From: Eubacteriales bacterium
Lineage (GTDB): Bacteria; Bacillota; Clostridia; Oscillospirales; CAG-272
Reading direction: 5' to 3'
Assembly (NCBI GenBank): GCA_045123255.1
Contig: JBGVIN010000104.1
Span: 27,113-91,112 of the forward strand
DNA length: 64,000 nt
Below the pieces are notes generated by a model, which did not search any database, was not told where the DNA came from, and was given only the letters and a program-made list of their open reading frames with translations. Positions 44,390 to 54,543 of this stretch are shown one piece after another (position 1 is the stretch's first letter; each line of letters opens with the position of its first letter). The position numbers and the translations under genes were made by a program.

Positions 44390-47300
44390 ATGGCAAACAA
44401 AAAAAGAATTTTATCCTTTGTTTTGGCTCTTGTTATGGTTTTGGGTGTGGTTATGCAGCTTGTTGCGTGCGGACCTAACAGCACCGACACGGGCACGGGC
44501 GGAGGAACAAACACGGATACCGGCTCAACAGACACGAGCACAGGTGGCGGTAACCAAAACGTTGACAAGGTTGGCTATACCGTAAACGTTAAATCAATCG
44601 GCGGTATGGCACTTGAGGGTGTTAAGGTTTACGTGGCTGATGCAGAGGGCAACATCAAAAAGGAAGGCATCGGCACAACTAACCATTTGGGTAGCGTTAC
44701 GCTCAATCTTCCACGTGCAAGCGGCTACACAATCTCTCTTGAGGACTATCCCGAGGGATATATAGTTGAGGACAGCTACGATATGGGCACGACAGGCGCA
44801 ACCATTACGCTTACCTCTGCACCTATTAAGGGTGACGCGGCGGGTGCGCGCTACGAGCTTGGCGATATCATTCACGATTACAAGATTACAGTTGACGGCG
44901 TTACATATACCTTCTCTGAAATTTTGAAGGAGAAGAAGGCTATCGTTCTTAACTTCTGGTTCACAACGTGTAACTACTGTATTGAGGAATTCCCCGATAT
45001 GGAGGCTTCATATGCTAAGTATGCTGATACAGTTGCGCTCTTCGCGCTTAACGGCAAGCTCGGCGGCGACTCCGTTTCCGAGGTTGATAGCTTCCGTACA
45101 AGCTTCCACTATGCATATAACGACTTCACATCACTCCGCGCAGCTCTTGTTGCAAACGAGCTTACGAATGCAATAGGAAAGGGTATTTCATACGAGGTTC
45201 TCAGTCAGCAAAAGATTGACGAGGGCTTTGATAACACCTTGCTCCTTATTCTTGAGGCTGACGACAAGAGTGCTAAGGCAAACGAAATTGCAGACGCAAT
45301 CGTGGAGGCTCTTTACAAAGAGGACAGCTCAAATCTCAAGGCAGCACTTCTTGCATTTGCTGACGAGCTTAAGATAGCTGACGTAGCAAACGAGGATGCA
45401 CTTGGTGAAATTTTTGCAAACGCAAAGAAGAATATTTACAATTCATTTGCACTCAACCTTCCTATGGTTAAGGATGCAAACGATATCGAGTCTTGCTTTG
45501 GTATTACAGGTAACCCTGTAACGATAGTTATCGACCGTTACGGTATGATTTCATTTATGCACCAGGGCGGAATTCCAAACGAAAAGTATTTTGACTCACT
45601 CTTTAACTATTTCACAATCAGAGATTACGAGCAAAACCTCTTTAACGGTATTGGCGAGCTTTCACCAACAGTAAAGCCTGACCAATCTAAGGTTCCATCA
45701 AGCGAGGAATATACAGACGCTCTTAACAAAAACGGCGCAGATATCGAGTTCTATCCCGAAACCGAAACGGGCGACTGGGAATACTCATGGCCATTCGTTA
45801 TCACAACAAAGGACGGCGTAACAGGCGTTAAGCCGTCAAACTACGACCAGGATACTTCCTTTGCAACACTCCACGCAAAGGTTAAATTGAATGCAGGCGA
45901 GGCAATTATGTTTGATTACCTCACCTCAACACAGTACGGCTACGACGTTATGTACGTTTTGGTTGACGGCAAGGACATCTACACAATTTCGGGTGAAACC
46001 GAGGCTTGGAAGGGTTGTTGCCCTTGGGTTGCTAAGGAGGACTGTGAAATCGACCTTGCATTCGTTTATACAAAGGACTACGCAGACTACGAGGGTGACG
46101 ACGCGGTTTATCTTTCAAACTTCCGCGTTGTATCCGCAGAGGAAATCGACGTTGCAACCTATATTCCGCGTGATGCCGCAACTAACTTGAACGAGTACGG
46201 CAGTGACTACGAAAATTACGTTGAGGTGTTCCTCGGAAGCGACGGATACTATCACGTTGGCTCGGAAACAGGTCCTATCCTTCTTGCAAACCTTATCGGA
46301 TATACAAACTTCTCAGGCGATTACAGCGTTACGCTTGACATCACCGAAACCAAGGAATTTATAGTAAACGGCGTTAACTGCTACAGCGACTTAATTAAGT
46401 ACTGTAACTATGCTTCTAACTCACAAATTTACAATCTTTGCTCAGTTACTCCTAAGCTAAGAGAATATCTTGAAGCATTCGTTGACCAAAAGATCGGCGT
46501 TGGCGAGGGCAATCCTAACCAATGGCTCACGCTCTGCTCATACTACGATGCATACGGCACGGACGGCGTTCAGCTCGAGGACCCAATCAAGGGACTTGCT
46601 TCATTCAGCGCATATGAGGTTAAGGAGGATTCACCTAACCTCGTTGAATACAATAGAGTAATTATGCCAAGAGGACTTCTTTATAAGTTCGTTCCTACAA
46701 AGGACGGCGTTTACCGCTTCACCACGAACAGTGAATACGAGGTAAACGGTTGGATCTTTATCGGTGACCATGACACTTGGCTTGAAACAGGTGACAGAAT
46801 TCTTTATACCGACTCCGACGTTGGAGAAAGATTCTGTACAGAGCTTCTTGTTGACCCCGACGGCGACGGCACTTACGAGCGTGACTATACAAACGCATCG
46901 TTGGTTGCTTATATGGAGGCAGGCAAGGAGTACTACATCGACTTTGCTTACTATGACCAATATCAATTCGGCAAATTTACCTTTGACGTAAAATATCTTG
47001 GCGAAACGTATGACCACTTTATCGCAGCTTCCCCTGGAGTATTTACATACGAGGAGGGAATTGGCGGCGCAATGGGTGATACCATCGCGGGCGGCATTGA
47101 CGTAAAGCTTGGTGACGACGGCTTATATCACCACTTGAAGAAGGACGGCACACTCGGTTCAATACTTTATGCTGACTTCTCACACACAACCTCAATCTTC
47201 ACCTCACAGTCAATTAAGATGCTTTGTGAAGCAGGTGCGTTCAACTTTGCAATTACCGAGGTTGACCAGCTCGCAATTGCTTACCTTGAAAGATACGGCG

Positions 47301-47704
47301 TGGACGGACTCCGCGACGCGTGGGGCGATGACTACGAGCATAACTATCAATATTACCAAATGGACGATATCATAAACGGTATCTACCACGGCTACTACGT
47401 TGACGGTGTATATAAGTCATTCGGATACGTTTACGTTGATGATGAAACAACGGGTGAAACCACAATGGTTCTTCAAACACCTCCAAAGAATGCGGTGCCT
47501 GCACCTGACTATACGGCTCTTATCGAGAAATATTACGGTATGATTCATAACAGCGACACTGAGTACGTTGAGCGCCAGGGCTGCGTTGCCGTAACTAAGG
47601 AGCTTGCAGACGCGCTTCAAATGCTTATGGATAAGTTCACGTTTGAGGGTGTTGAGCATTCTTGGACAAAGCTTTGCTATTACTACAACTATCTCGGACA
47701 GTAA
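44390..47704 (+). CDS. large surface lipoprotein with Ig-like (carboxypeptidase-regulatory-like) domain, embedded TlpA/ResA-like thioredoxin fold, and two copies of an uncharacterised module
   Basis: Lipobox LVAC. T/D/G-rich linker. KAIVLNFWFTTCNYCIEEFP (CxxC) and GNPVTIVIDRYGMI. Repeated DGYYHVG..GPILLA / DGLYHHL...GSILYA modules. Confidence 0.7.
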   Translation: MANKKRILSFVLALVMVLGVVMQLVACGPNSTDTGTGGGTNTDTGSTDTSTGGGNQNVDKVGYTVNVKSIGGMALEGVKVYVADAEGNIKKEGIGTTNHLGSVTLNLPRASGYTISLEDYPEGYIVEDSYDMGTTGATITLTSAPIKGDAAGARYELGDIIHDYKITVDGVTYTFSEILKEKKAIVLNFWFTTCNYCIEEFPDMEASYAKYADTVALFALNGKLGGDSVSEVDSFRTSFHYAYNDFTSLRAALVANELTNAIGKGISYEVLSQQKIDEGFDNTLLLILEADDKSAKANEIADAIVEALYKEDSSNLKAALLAFADELKIADVANEDALGEIFANAKKNIYNSFALNLPMVKDANDIESCFGITGNPVTIVIDRYGMISFMHQGGIPNEKYFDSLFNYFTIRDYEQNLFNGIGELSPTVKPDQSKVPSSEEYTDALNKNGADIEFYPETETGDWEYSWPFVITTKDGVTGVKPSNYDQDTSFATLHAKVKLNAGEAIMFDYLTSTQYGYDVMYVLVDGKDIYTISGETEAWKGCCPWVAKEDCEIDLAFVYTKDYADYEGDDAVYLSNFRVVSAEEIDVATYIPRDAATNLNEYGSDYENYVEVFLGSDGYYHVGSETGPILLANLIGYTNFSGDYSVTLDITETKEFIVNGVNCYSDLIKYCNYASNSQIYNLCSVTPKLREYLEAFVDQKIGVGEGNPNQWLTLCSYYDAYGTDGVQLEDPIKGLASFSAYEVKEDSPNLVEYNRVIMPRGLLYKFVPTKDGVYRFTTNSEYEVNGWIFIGDHDTWLETGDRILYTDSDVGERFCTELLVDPDGDGTYERDYTNASLVAYMEAGKEYYIDFAYYDQYQFGKFTFDVKYLGETYDHFIAASPGVFTYEEGIGGAMGDTIAGGIDVKLGDDGLYHHLKKDGTLGSILYADFSHTTSIFTSQSIKMLCEAGAFNFAITEVDQLAIAYLERYGVDGLRDAWGDDYEHNYQYYQMDDIINGIYHGYYVDGVYKSFGYVYVDDETTGETTMVLQTPPKNAVPAPDYTALIEKYYGMIHNSDTEYVERQGCVAVTKELADALQMLMDKFTFEGVEHSWTKLCYYYNYLGQ

Positions 47705-47779
47705 TTAAACGATATTAAAATAAAAACCCAAGAAGGAGCTGTCGCAAAAGCGGCGCTCCTTTTGGGAATAGTGAGAAAT

Positions 47780-49396
47780 ATGAAAAGAAAAATATTTATT
47801 GCGCTTCTTTTAGTGTTAACGCTTGCATTTGCGCTCGTTCTTGCTTCCTGCGGTGGCGATAGCAATACGGATACTGATACAAGCGCTGATACGAATACCG
47901 ACACAGGGTCAAGCGAAATTACCTACACCGTTAAGGTTGTGGATTACACAGGCGCGCCTATTACCTCAGGACTTTTCGTTCAGATGTATAAGGACGGAGA
48001 AGAGCTTGGCTCAATGAAAAAATCTAACAAAAACGGTGAGGCAAGCTTCACTCTTGAAAAGGGCGAATATACCTTTGAGCTTGTTTTGACCGACGATACG
48101 GTTACATATGACAAATCAAGCTGCGTTCTTACAGAAAAAGCTCCAAGCAAGGAAATTATGCTTTATAGCGAGCTTGGCAACCGTGAATTTGTGATGTACC
48201 CGTACGATAGCGAGCTTGGCGAAAGATACGAATATCGCGCTAAGTTTATAAACGAGGGTGCAACCCTTGTTCCGATAGAGGGCATGACGTACTACGTTTT
48301 CGAGCCTACCCGCGGCGGTATATATAAGTTTAGCTACATTAGTGACGTTGCCTTGACAATAGGCTACTTTGGCGGAAGCGAGCATTTCGTTTTCGAGGAA
48401 AGCAGTATAGAGGTTAAGGACAGAGCATTTACTATTGAGGTTAAGGATTCGGGCGTTTCAAGCGAGCATACGGGCACAACGCGAATTATTATCGGTGTGC
48501 GCTCACTCGTGGTTGACTCCTGCGTTATGACAATAGAGCGTATCTCCGACCCCGTGGCTGAAATACCGAGAATTGACTATCTCCCAATTGAATATCCAAG
48601 TGAGGTATGCTCTTATTCTTACCTCAACGCAACCTTAGTTGACGTTGACGTTTTAGATAAGAATTTATCTATTGTATATAACGCCGAGGACGGCTTTTTC
48701 CACCACGGCGATGAAAACGGACCTATCGTTCTTGTAAGAATTACAAGTGCAAGCAAATACCTTGCTTCATTCTCAAAAATTTGCGAAACCGCGGCACTTT
48801 ACGGCTCAATTTACGATGATAGCGGAAAGCTCCTTCGCACAGAAATTTATAACAATATGATTGCAGTATATGCAGAAAAATGCGACGATAGCGGCGTTGT
48901 TCCGCTTACACGCGAGCTTTTGTATGCGGTTACAAATATGGGTAACCACAGCGGATGGTTCGAGGGAGAGCAATCAATTTTCAGAATAGGTCAAGGCGGC
49001 GAGGAGGACGGCACGGTTATTGAGGGCACGCTACTCGAGGTTCCTCTTGAAAACGCACCGTATTTTGCATGCTGCTACCCTGTTCCAAATGATTTCGGCT
49101 CATCAGAGGACAAGAGAATTACTATAACCGATACAACGGAGCCAAAGCAAATGCTTGCCGCGTTAGGTGCGGGCGAAACGCTTTACTTTAAGGGCGCGCG
49201 CCTTACAAAAACAACGCTTAAAATCACCGACGCACAAGGCTTAAAGGTTATCTTTAACGGAGAGGAATATACTCCAAGCGAAAACGGAATTATAGAAATC
49301 AGCTTTGATGCTACCTCGCCTATTGAATTCCAAATTGTAAACGAGAATGAAATAAGCAAGGATGCAAAAATCACTTACACAACGTTTATCGCATAA
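47780..49396 (+). CDS. surface lipoprotein, paralogous module shared with the upstream gene
   Basis: Signal peptide with lipobox LASC. DTDTSADTNTDTG linker. Ig-like domain. DGFFHHGDENGPIVLV module. Confidence 0.65.
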   Translation: MKRKIFIALLLVLTLAFALVLASCGGDSNTDTDTSADTNTDTGSSEITYTVKVVDYTGAPITSGLFVQMYKDGEELGSMKKSNKNGEASFTLEKGEYTFELVLTDDTVTYDKSSCVLTEKAPSKEIMLYSELGNREFVMYPYDSELGERYEYRAKFINEGATLVPIEGMTYYVFEPTRGGIYKFSYISDVALTIGYFGGSEHFVFEESSIEVKDRAFTIEVKDSGVSSEHTGTTRIIIGVRSLVVDSCVMTIERISDPVAEIPRIDYLPIEYPSEVCSYSYLNATLVDVDVLDKNLSIVYNAEDGFFHHGDENGPIVLVRITSASKYLASFSKICETAALYGSIYDDSGKLLRTEIYNNMIAVYAEKCDDSGVVPLTRELLYAVTNMGNHSGWFEGEQSIFRIGQGGEEDGTVIEGTLLEVPLENAPYFACCYPVPNDFGSSEDKRITITDTTEPKQMLAALGAGETLYFKGARLTKTTLKITDAQGLKVIFNGEEYTPSENGIIEISFDATSPIEFQIVNENEISKDAKITYTTFIA

Positions 49397-49421
49397 CCTT
49401 CATTTATAAAGGAGAAAAACT

Positions 49422-51554
49422 ATGACAAGAAAAATTTTAGCGCTTGCTCTTGTTTTGCTTACCGTTCTTGCTTGCACGTTCGTGTTCGCTTCCTGTGGTG
49501 GTAGCAACGGCACTGATAGGGATACAAGCACGGGCACGGGCGGTCAAACTGACACAAGCACGAATACAGGCAATCAAACAGACACAAGCACAGGCGGAAA
49601 TACGGACGGTGAGCCGGTAACCTATACGGTTTACTTCCAAAATCAAAACGGTCAACCGATTGAGGGCATCAATGCACAGGTTTGCCTCCCGGGCGGCTTC
49701 TGCTTACCGCCAAGAACGTCCGATGCCGAGGGCGTTTGCAAGTTCCAATATACTGAAATTGCAGCTCTTGAAATCCAAGTTAACTCAGTTCCAAACGGCT
49801 TTATCAAGCCTGAGGGCTACATTCCGTTCCCTGATGGAAGAACGTCAGCGGTTGTTACCGTTCAACAAAACGAAACGTATACGGTTACAGCAACCGACCT
49901 TCACGGCAACCGTCTTTCAAACATTTTAGTCGAGCTTTATTTGGAAGCAGGTGACGAGCTTGCCCAAAGCGCGGTTACAGAGTCAAACGGCCGCGTTAGC
50001 TTCGTTGTTAGCCCTGATAAATATTACGCAAAGGTTAGCCACGCCTACGGCAACGGCGCATTCACCTTCCTTAACGAAACTGATACCGTTACGTTTGAAA
50101 ACGGTAAAAATGCACAAATTCAGTTCGTTGTCCTCGGCACTCCCATTGATTATACAGCTATAATCAAGGATGAGGGCGGCAACAAGGTTTCGGGTGCTAC
50201 CGTTAAATTCTATAACGAAGAATTTGATATGGTTTACGAGGGTACTACCGATGAAAACGGCGAGGCTAAGGCTTCACTCAGAAACGGCAGCTACTACGTA
50301 TGCGCCTACCTTGACGGTAAGTACGTGAAGGCTGAGACCGTTCAAAGAAACGGAAGAGTTACTCTTGAAATGACTTGTCAAGACGTAACTCCGGGATGTG
50401 ACAGAGACCATCCTATTATGATTCTCGGCGATCTTGACGTTAAACAAGCAGGCGGCACACAGCTTTGGTATAGCGTGCCAAACGCAAAGGGCAAAACCGT
50501 TGAAATTGCATCAAGCGACGTTGAGGTGCTTTACGGCGGAAAAACCCACAAGGCAGAAAACGGCAAGATTGAATTCATCTTGAAGGAAACGGGCGAGGCT
50601 ACATTTAGAATTAAATGCACCGAGGGCGAAGATACACAAATCACAGGCAAAATATATAAGCGCGGCTCAATTAAAACACCTGAAGAAATTGAGGTTGAGA
50701 GCGAATATACCTTCAAGGACGTTAATATCGGCGAGGGCGAAAAATACTACTTCTCATTCGTTGCAAGCACAAGCGGCACAGTTAAGGTTACAACAGATAC
50801 TGAAAATGCGGTTATCTCCATTAACGGCGTTAGATTCAAAAAGTCCGTTGAAGCAGGTGACTTGGTTGTTATTTGCTTCTTTACTGAAAAGATTTCAGGC
50901 GATAGCGTATTAAGCCCTGAGGCTCAAATTTCCGCATCACTCACGTTTGGCGAGTCAAGCGCGCAATATTCCGCAACAGTTAAGGTTGAAAACGAAAATA
51001 AAGCAGGCGTAAGTGCAGAGCTTTACTACCTAAGCGGCGAAGAATATCAGCTTATGGGTAGCTACGTGAGCGATGAAAACGGAGTTATTTCATTCGGTGA
51101 GCTTACCGAAACAGCTAAGTATTACATCAAGGCAAGCTACGGCGAGGATTACGAGGCTGTTGACGAGTACATTCCGTTCGGTGACGAAAACGACGTTATC
51201 GTATATATCACACACAAGCGTGACGGTAGTATGCTTTACCCATTCTTGGTTGACGCTGATAGCGAAACCAACTCAACTGAGGTAACGGTTGGTGATGGAG
51301 GTGAGGTATGGTACACACTCTTCTATATCACAGGCTCGACTATTTCAATTGATAGTAGCTTTGCAACCGCTGAAATTTATACACAGTCAGGCGACGGTGC
51401 GCCATCACTTCAAGCAACGTTGTCGGCAGAAAGCCTTTCATACGTGCTTGAATCCGACTACGGCACGACAACCAGAGTTCTTATTAAGATTACCTGCCAA
51501 GGCGGCGGCTCACTTAACCTCACTTACGTTACACCACAAATTGAGAAAGAATGA
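49422..51554 (+). CDS. surface lipoprotein with multiple carboxypeptidase-regulatory-like (Ig-fold) repeats
   Basis: Lipobox FASC. TGTGGQTDTSTNTGNQTDTSTGG linker. At least four repeats of the Y.V.V.D..G.P..G..V pattern. Confidence 0.65.
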   Translation: MTRKILALALVLLTVLACTFVFASCGGSNGTDRDTSTGTGGQTDTSTNTGNQTDTSTGGNTDGEPVTYTVYFQNQNGQPIEGINAQVCLPGGFCLPPRTSDAEGVCKFQYTEIAALEIQVNSVPNGFIKPEGYIPFPDGRTSAVVTVQQNETYTVTATDLHGNRLSNILVELYLEAGDELAQSAVTESNGRVSFVVSPDKYYAKVSHAYGNGAFTFLNETDTVTFENGKNAQIQFVVLGTPIDYTAIIKDEGGNKVSGATVKFYNEEFDMVYEGTTDENGEAKASLRNGSYYVCAYLDGKYVKAETVQRNGRVTLEMTCQDVTPGCDRDHPIMILGDLDVKQAGGTQLWYSVPNAKGKTVEIASSDVEVLYGGKTHKAENGKIEFILKETGEATFRIKCTEGEDTQITGKIYKRGSIKTPEEIEVESEYTFKDVNIGEGEKYYFSFVASTSGTVKVTTDTENAVISINGVRFKKSVEAGDLVVICFFTEKISGDSVLSPEAQISASLTFGESSAQYSATVKVENENKAGVSAELYYLSGEEYQLMGSYVSDENGVISFGELTETAKYYIKASYGEDYEAVDEYIPFGDENDVIVYITHKRDGSMLYPFLVDADSETNSTEVTVGDGGEVWYTLFYITGSTISIDSSFATAEIYTQSGDGAPSLQATLSAESLSYVLESDYGTTTRVLIKITCQGGGSLNLTYVTPQIEKE

Positions 51555-51573
51555 TTTACATTAAATAAAATAA

Positions 51574-51607
51574 ATAGACTGCTGAATTTATCGGCAGTCT
51601 ATTTTTC
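51574..51607 (+). terminator. intrinsic terminator of the lipoprotein operon
   Basis: ATAGACTGC / GCAGTCTAT stem plus TTTTT. Confidence 0.8.
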
Positions 51608-51670
51608 ATATCTGGCTTATATACGGCAAGCCAAAAACCTTGATTTTATACACAGGGTCGCTTAAAATAC

Positions 51671-51697
51671 AAAAAATGGCAGGAAAACCTGCCATTT
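51671..51697 (-). terminator. intrinsic terminator of the polyferredoxin operon
   Basis: AATGGCAGG / CCTGCCATT stem followed on the minus strand by TTTTTTG. Confidence 0.8.
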
Positions 51698-51702
51698 TTA
51701 CA

Positions 51703-53487
51703 TTAGTTGTTCATAGCCTTTTGAATTTCTGCAATTAACGTGCTTTCATCGATTGCAGAGTAGTTTGAATAGGTAATTACTCCGTTTTCATCAAGCACGA
51801 TTGTCCACGGGTACATTGGGAAGCTCTTGCCTGTTACAAGCTTGAAGTAATTATCTACGGGGGCATCCTCGCTTTGTCTGGTGTCCTTTAAGAAAACGAG
51901 CGCGGAGTCCTTGTGATTTTCCAAAACGTGCTGCGGTGCGGTGTCAAAGCCGTCAACGGAGTGAACGGCGTAAATTACAACCGAGTCACCGTATTCGCTT
52001 GCAACCTTGCCGAAGTGCGGAAGCTCTGCAACGCATGGCGGACACCAAGTGCCCCAGAAGTTGATAACTGTAACCTTGCCGCTTCCTGCTGTGACAGGGT
52101 CGACAAATTCGCCCGAAAGACCGTTTTCGTCGAAGATTTCAAGTGATGAGCTTGGAAGCATATTTCCGATATTTGTGCCAACGGTTGCGCCTGAGCCTCC
52201 GCTCGTGTCCGTATCGGTTGTGGCAGGTGGGTTATCGCCAAACAAATCGCGTACGTTATCCCAAAGCTGCTCATTTTTGATTACGTTAAAGTAGAAAAGC
52301 ACCGAAACGAGAACAACACCCATAAGGGAGCCGATAATTATCTTTCTTGTTCTGTTCTTTTTCTTGATTTTTGCATTTTCAATTTCGCCCTGTGCAATAA
52401 TTTCTGCACGCTCTTCATCGCTTGCGCCATTTGGCACCTTGATTTCGTTAGGTGCTAAGAAAATCTTAGGACCCTTAAAGGAAATAGCCTTCGTTGGGCA
52501 AACGTCGATACATTCACCGCAGCTGATACATTCCTGGTCGCCAACGTGCTTGATATCAAGCTTACATTTCTGTACACATTTACCGCATTTCGTACACTTG
52601 TCGCGGTTTAATTTAATTCCAAAGAATGAAAAACGGTTGAAAAGACTGTAAATTGCGCCGAGCGGACAAATGAAACGGCAGAACGCACGGTATGCAAAAA
52701 TACAGAAAACAACAATGGAAACGAATAAAACAAATTTCCAAGTAAAGAGTGAGCCGATACCGCCAAGCAAGCTTGTGTCAAGCGGCAAAATACCGAACGC
52801 GCCCTCTAAAATACCTGCCGGACATATGTATTTGCAGAACGCAGGGAAAATTCCAAAGCCTGCAAGAATGAAAACGAAAACCGCTAAAATTACGTATTTA
52901 AGATAGGAAAGAGCGCGGGTAACGCCGCTTTTCTTTAATTTAGGCGTTTTGATTTTGTAAATTAAATCCTGGAAAAGACCGAATGGGCAAAGCCAACCGC
53001 AAATTGTTCTGCCAAGCATTAAGCCGTAAAGGAACAAAATTCCGAGAATATAAAACGGCATACGCTTGTTTCCAAGCTCATTTTGAAGTGCGCCGAGGGG
53101 ACATGTGCCGATAGCGCCGGGGCAGGAGTAGCAGTTTATACCGGGGGAGCAAATGAATTTGCTTTTTCCAACGAACATATTTCCTTGAACGTAGCCCTTT
53201 AGGTTTGCATTGAAAAGAAGTGCAAAATAAAGCTGAGCAATTCGCCTTTTTGTTGGAATTATGCTGCAAAGCCACGACTTAAAGGAACGCTTTTTCTTTG
53301 GCTTTTCAAGAGGCTGCGCACCACTTGAATTATCGATGTTTTGCGCACCCTGTGTCGCAAATTTAGCACTGAATGCCTCATCCTCGCCGCCTATTAAGTC
53401 GGCAAGCGTTGCTTCTTTTGGCTCAGTGTCAATCATTTCTGTCGCTTCGTTAAGCGAGGTGTTTTCTAAAAGCTCTTTTTCTTCCAT
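51703..53487 (-). CDS. membrane polyferredoxin (NapH/MauN-type 4Fe-4S protein) fused to a C-terminal extracytoplasmic TlpA-like thioredoxin domain
   Basis: CYSCPGAIGTCP, CGWLCPFG, CKYICPAG and CRFICPLG in TM regions. Two ferredoxin motifs, CTKCGKCVQKC and CISCGECIDVCP. A further TM helix, a TTDTDTSGGSG linker, then VINFWGTWCPPCVAELP. Confidence 0.75.
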   Translation of the reverse strand: MEEKELLENTSLNEATEMIDTEPKEATLADLIGGEDEAFSAKFATQGAQNIDNSSGAQPLEKPKKKRSFKSWLCSIIPTKRRIAQLYFALLFNANLKGYVQGNMFVGKSKFICSPGINCYSCPGAIGTCPLGALQNELGNKRMPFYILGILFLYGLMLGRTICGWLCPFGLFQDLIYKIKTPKLKKSGVTRALSYLKYVILAVFVFILAGFGIFPAFCKYICPAGILEGAFGILPLDTSLLGGIGSLFTWKFVLFVSIVVFCIFAYRAFCRFICPLGAIYSLFNRFSFFGIKLNRDKCTKCGKCVQKCKLDIKHVGDQECISCGECIDVCPTKAISFKGPKIFLAPNEIKVPNGASDEERAEIIAQGEIENAKIKKKNRTRKIIIGSLMGVVLVSVLFYFNVIKNEQLWDNVRDLFGDNPPATTDTDTSGGSGATVGTNIGNMLPSSSLEIFDENGLSGEFVDPVTAGSGKVTVINFWGTWCPPCVAELPHFGKVASEYGDSVVIYAVHSVDGFDTAPQHVLENHKDSALVFLKDTRQSEDAPVDNYFKLVTGKSFPMYPWTIVLDENGVITYSNYSAIDESTLIAEIQKAMNN

Positions 53488-53498
53488 ATTCTACCTCC

Positions 53499-54311
53499 TT
53501 AACCAAGACCGATACAGCCTGTGCAAATGTTGTTTGCATACGTTAAAACGTTTTTGATATCACCCGTTGCCATACCTACTATGATAAATATAGCGGCAAG
53601 AGTGCCGAGTGCAATTTGAAGTGCCAAAATAAATTTTTTAGAGTGCTTTTTTATAAAGCAAGGCTTCTTTTCCTCGGGTAAGGAAATTTCGCCCTTCTTT
53701 ATTTTCTTTGCTTGCTTTTCCATAATGGCGCGCACCGCTTCAAGCACTTTTTCGTAGGTGAAATTAGCAAAAATGTCGTAAACGACAGCAACAAAGAATG
53801 GGATAACTGCGTAAGCCATAATCTTTGCAATAACAGGCAAAATTTCGTTAAGCTTACCTGCGTCAACCTCGCTAAGATTGCTCTTTGTGAAGATGAAAAT
53901 GAGCGCAGAAACGAAATTTATAACCCCGTTGACTATAGTAATGATAAAAAATGCACGTCTAAAGCCACTTTGGCTTTTGATAACCGCCTTTAAGTCCGCA
54001 GGTGCTTCGTCGAGATTTATTCTCTTGTAAAGGTTTTTGAGCAAATCCTTATTCGAAATGGAAGCTGTTATTTTTTCCTCTTCAGATGGGAAAACCGCGT
54101 GCAAAACTATACCGCCAATAATTGATGCGATACAGAGAAGCACAGGGGCAAGTATCCACAAAAAGTGTGATTTTATGGCGTCGGTCGTGAATTTTCCCGC
54201 ATTGTTTATATCAACGCAGCTGACAATAAAGCAAATGCCGACTGCAAAAATCAAAACGGAAAGCACAATACCGTATATAAGGTGCAAAATTTTCGTTTTT
54301 TTCTCTTGCAT
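53499..54311 (-). CDS. polytopic membrane protein ending in a CxxC tail (…NNICTGCIGLG)
   Basis: 270 aa with about 6 TM segments. AAAGGAG RBS. 11-nt gap to the polyferredoxin gene, which has its own AAGGAGG RBS, so the two are probably co-transcribed. Confidence 0.5.
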   Translation of the reverse strand: MQEKKTKILHLIYGIVLSVLIFAVGICFIVSCVDINNAGKFTTDAIKSHFLWILAPVLLCIASIIGGIVLHAVFPSEEEKITASISNKDLLKNLYKRINLDEAPADLKAVIKSQSGFRRAFFIITIVNGVINFVSALIFIFTKSNLSEVDAGKLNEILPVIAKIMAYAVIPFFVAVVYDIFANFTYEKVLEAVRAIMEKQAKKIKKGEISLPEEKKPCFIKKHSKKFILALQIALGTLAAIFIIVGMATGDIKNVLTYANNICTGCIGLG

Positions 54312-54543
54312 ATATACTCCTTTATAATGATTTATAAAATATTAGCACAAATATTGTAACACATAAAGAATAGTATGTCAAGCAAAAAATAGGCGCGCGT
54401 GCGCCAAGAGCAGAGAATAACGAGGGGAACGACACGAAAAAGACATAAAAATCCACCCGAGCAGGCTTGGGACAAGCACACATCTTTAACTCAGGGATTT
54501 TAGGCAAAAAAGTGCCAAAATCAGACACTCCCCGAGGGATTTT

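Noticed and set aside
44470-44570. Short repetitive DNA (ACGGGCACGGGCGGAGGAACAAACACGGATACCGG...), recurring at 47860-47910, 49520-49600 and 52190-52230, considered as a dispersed non-coding repeat.
   Set aside because: All copies lie in frame in signal-peptide-proximal or post-TM linkers and encode T/D/G-rich low-complexity spacers. The similarity is at the protein-composition level, not that of a mobile DNA repeat.
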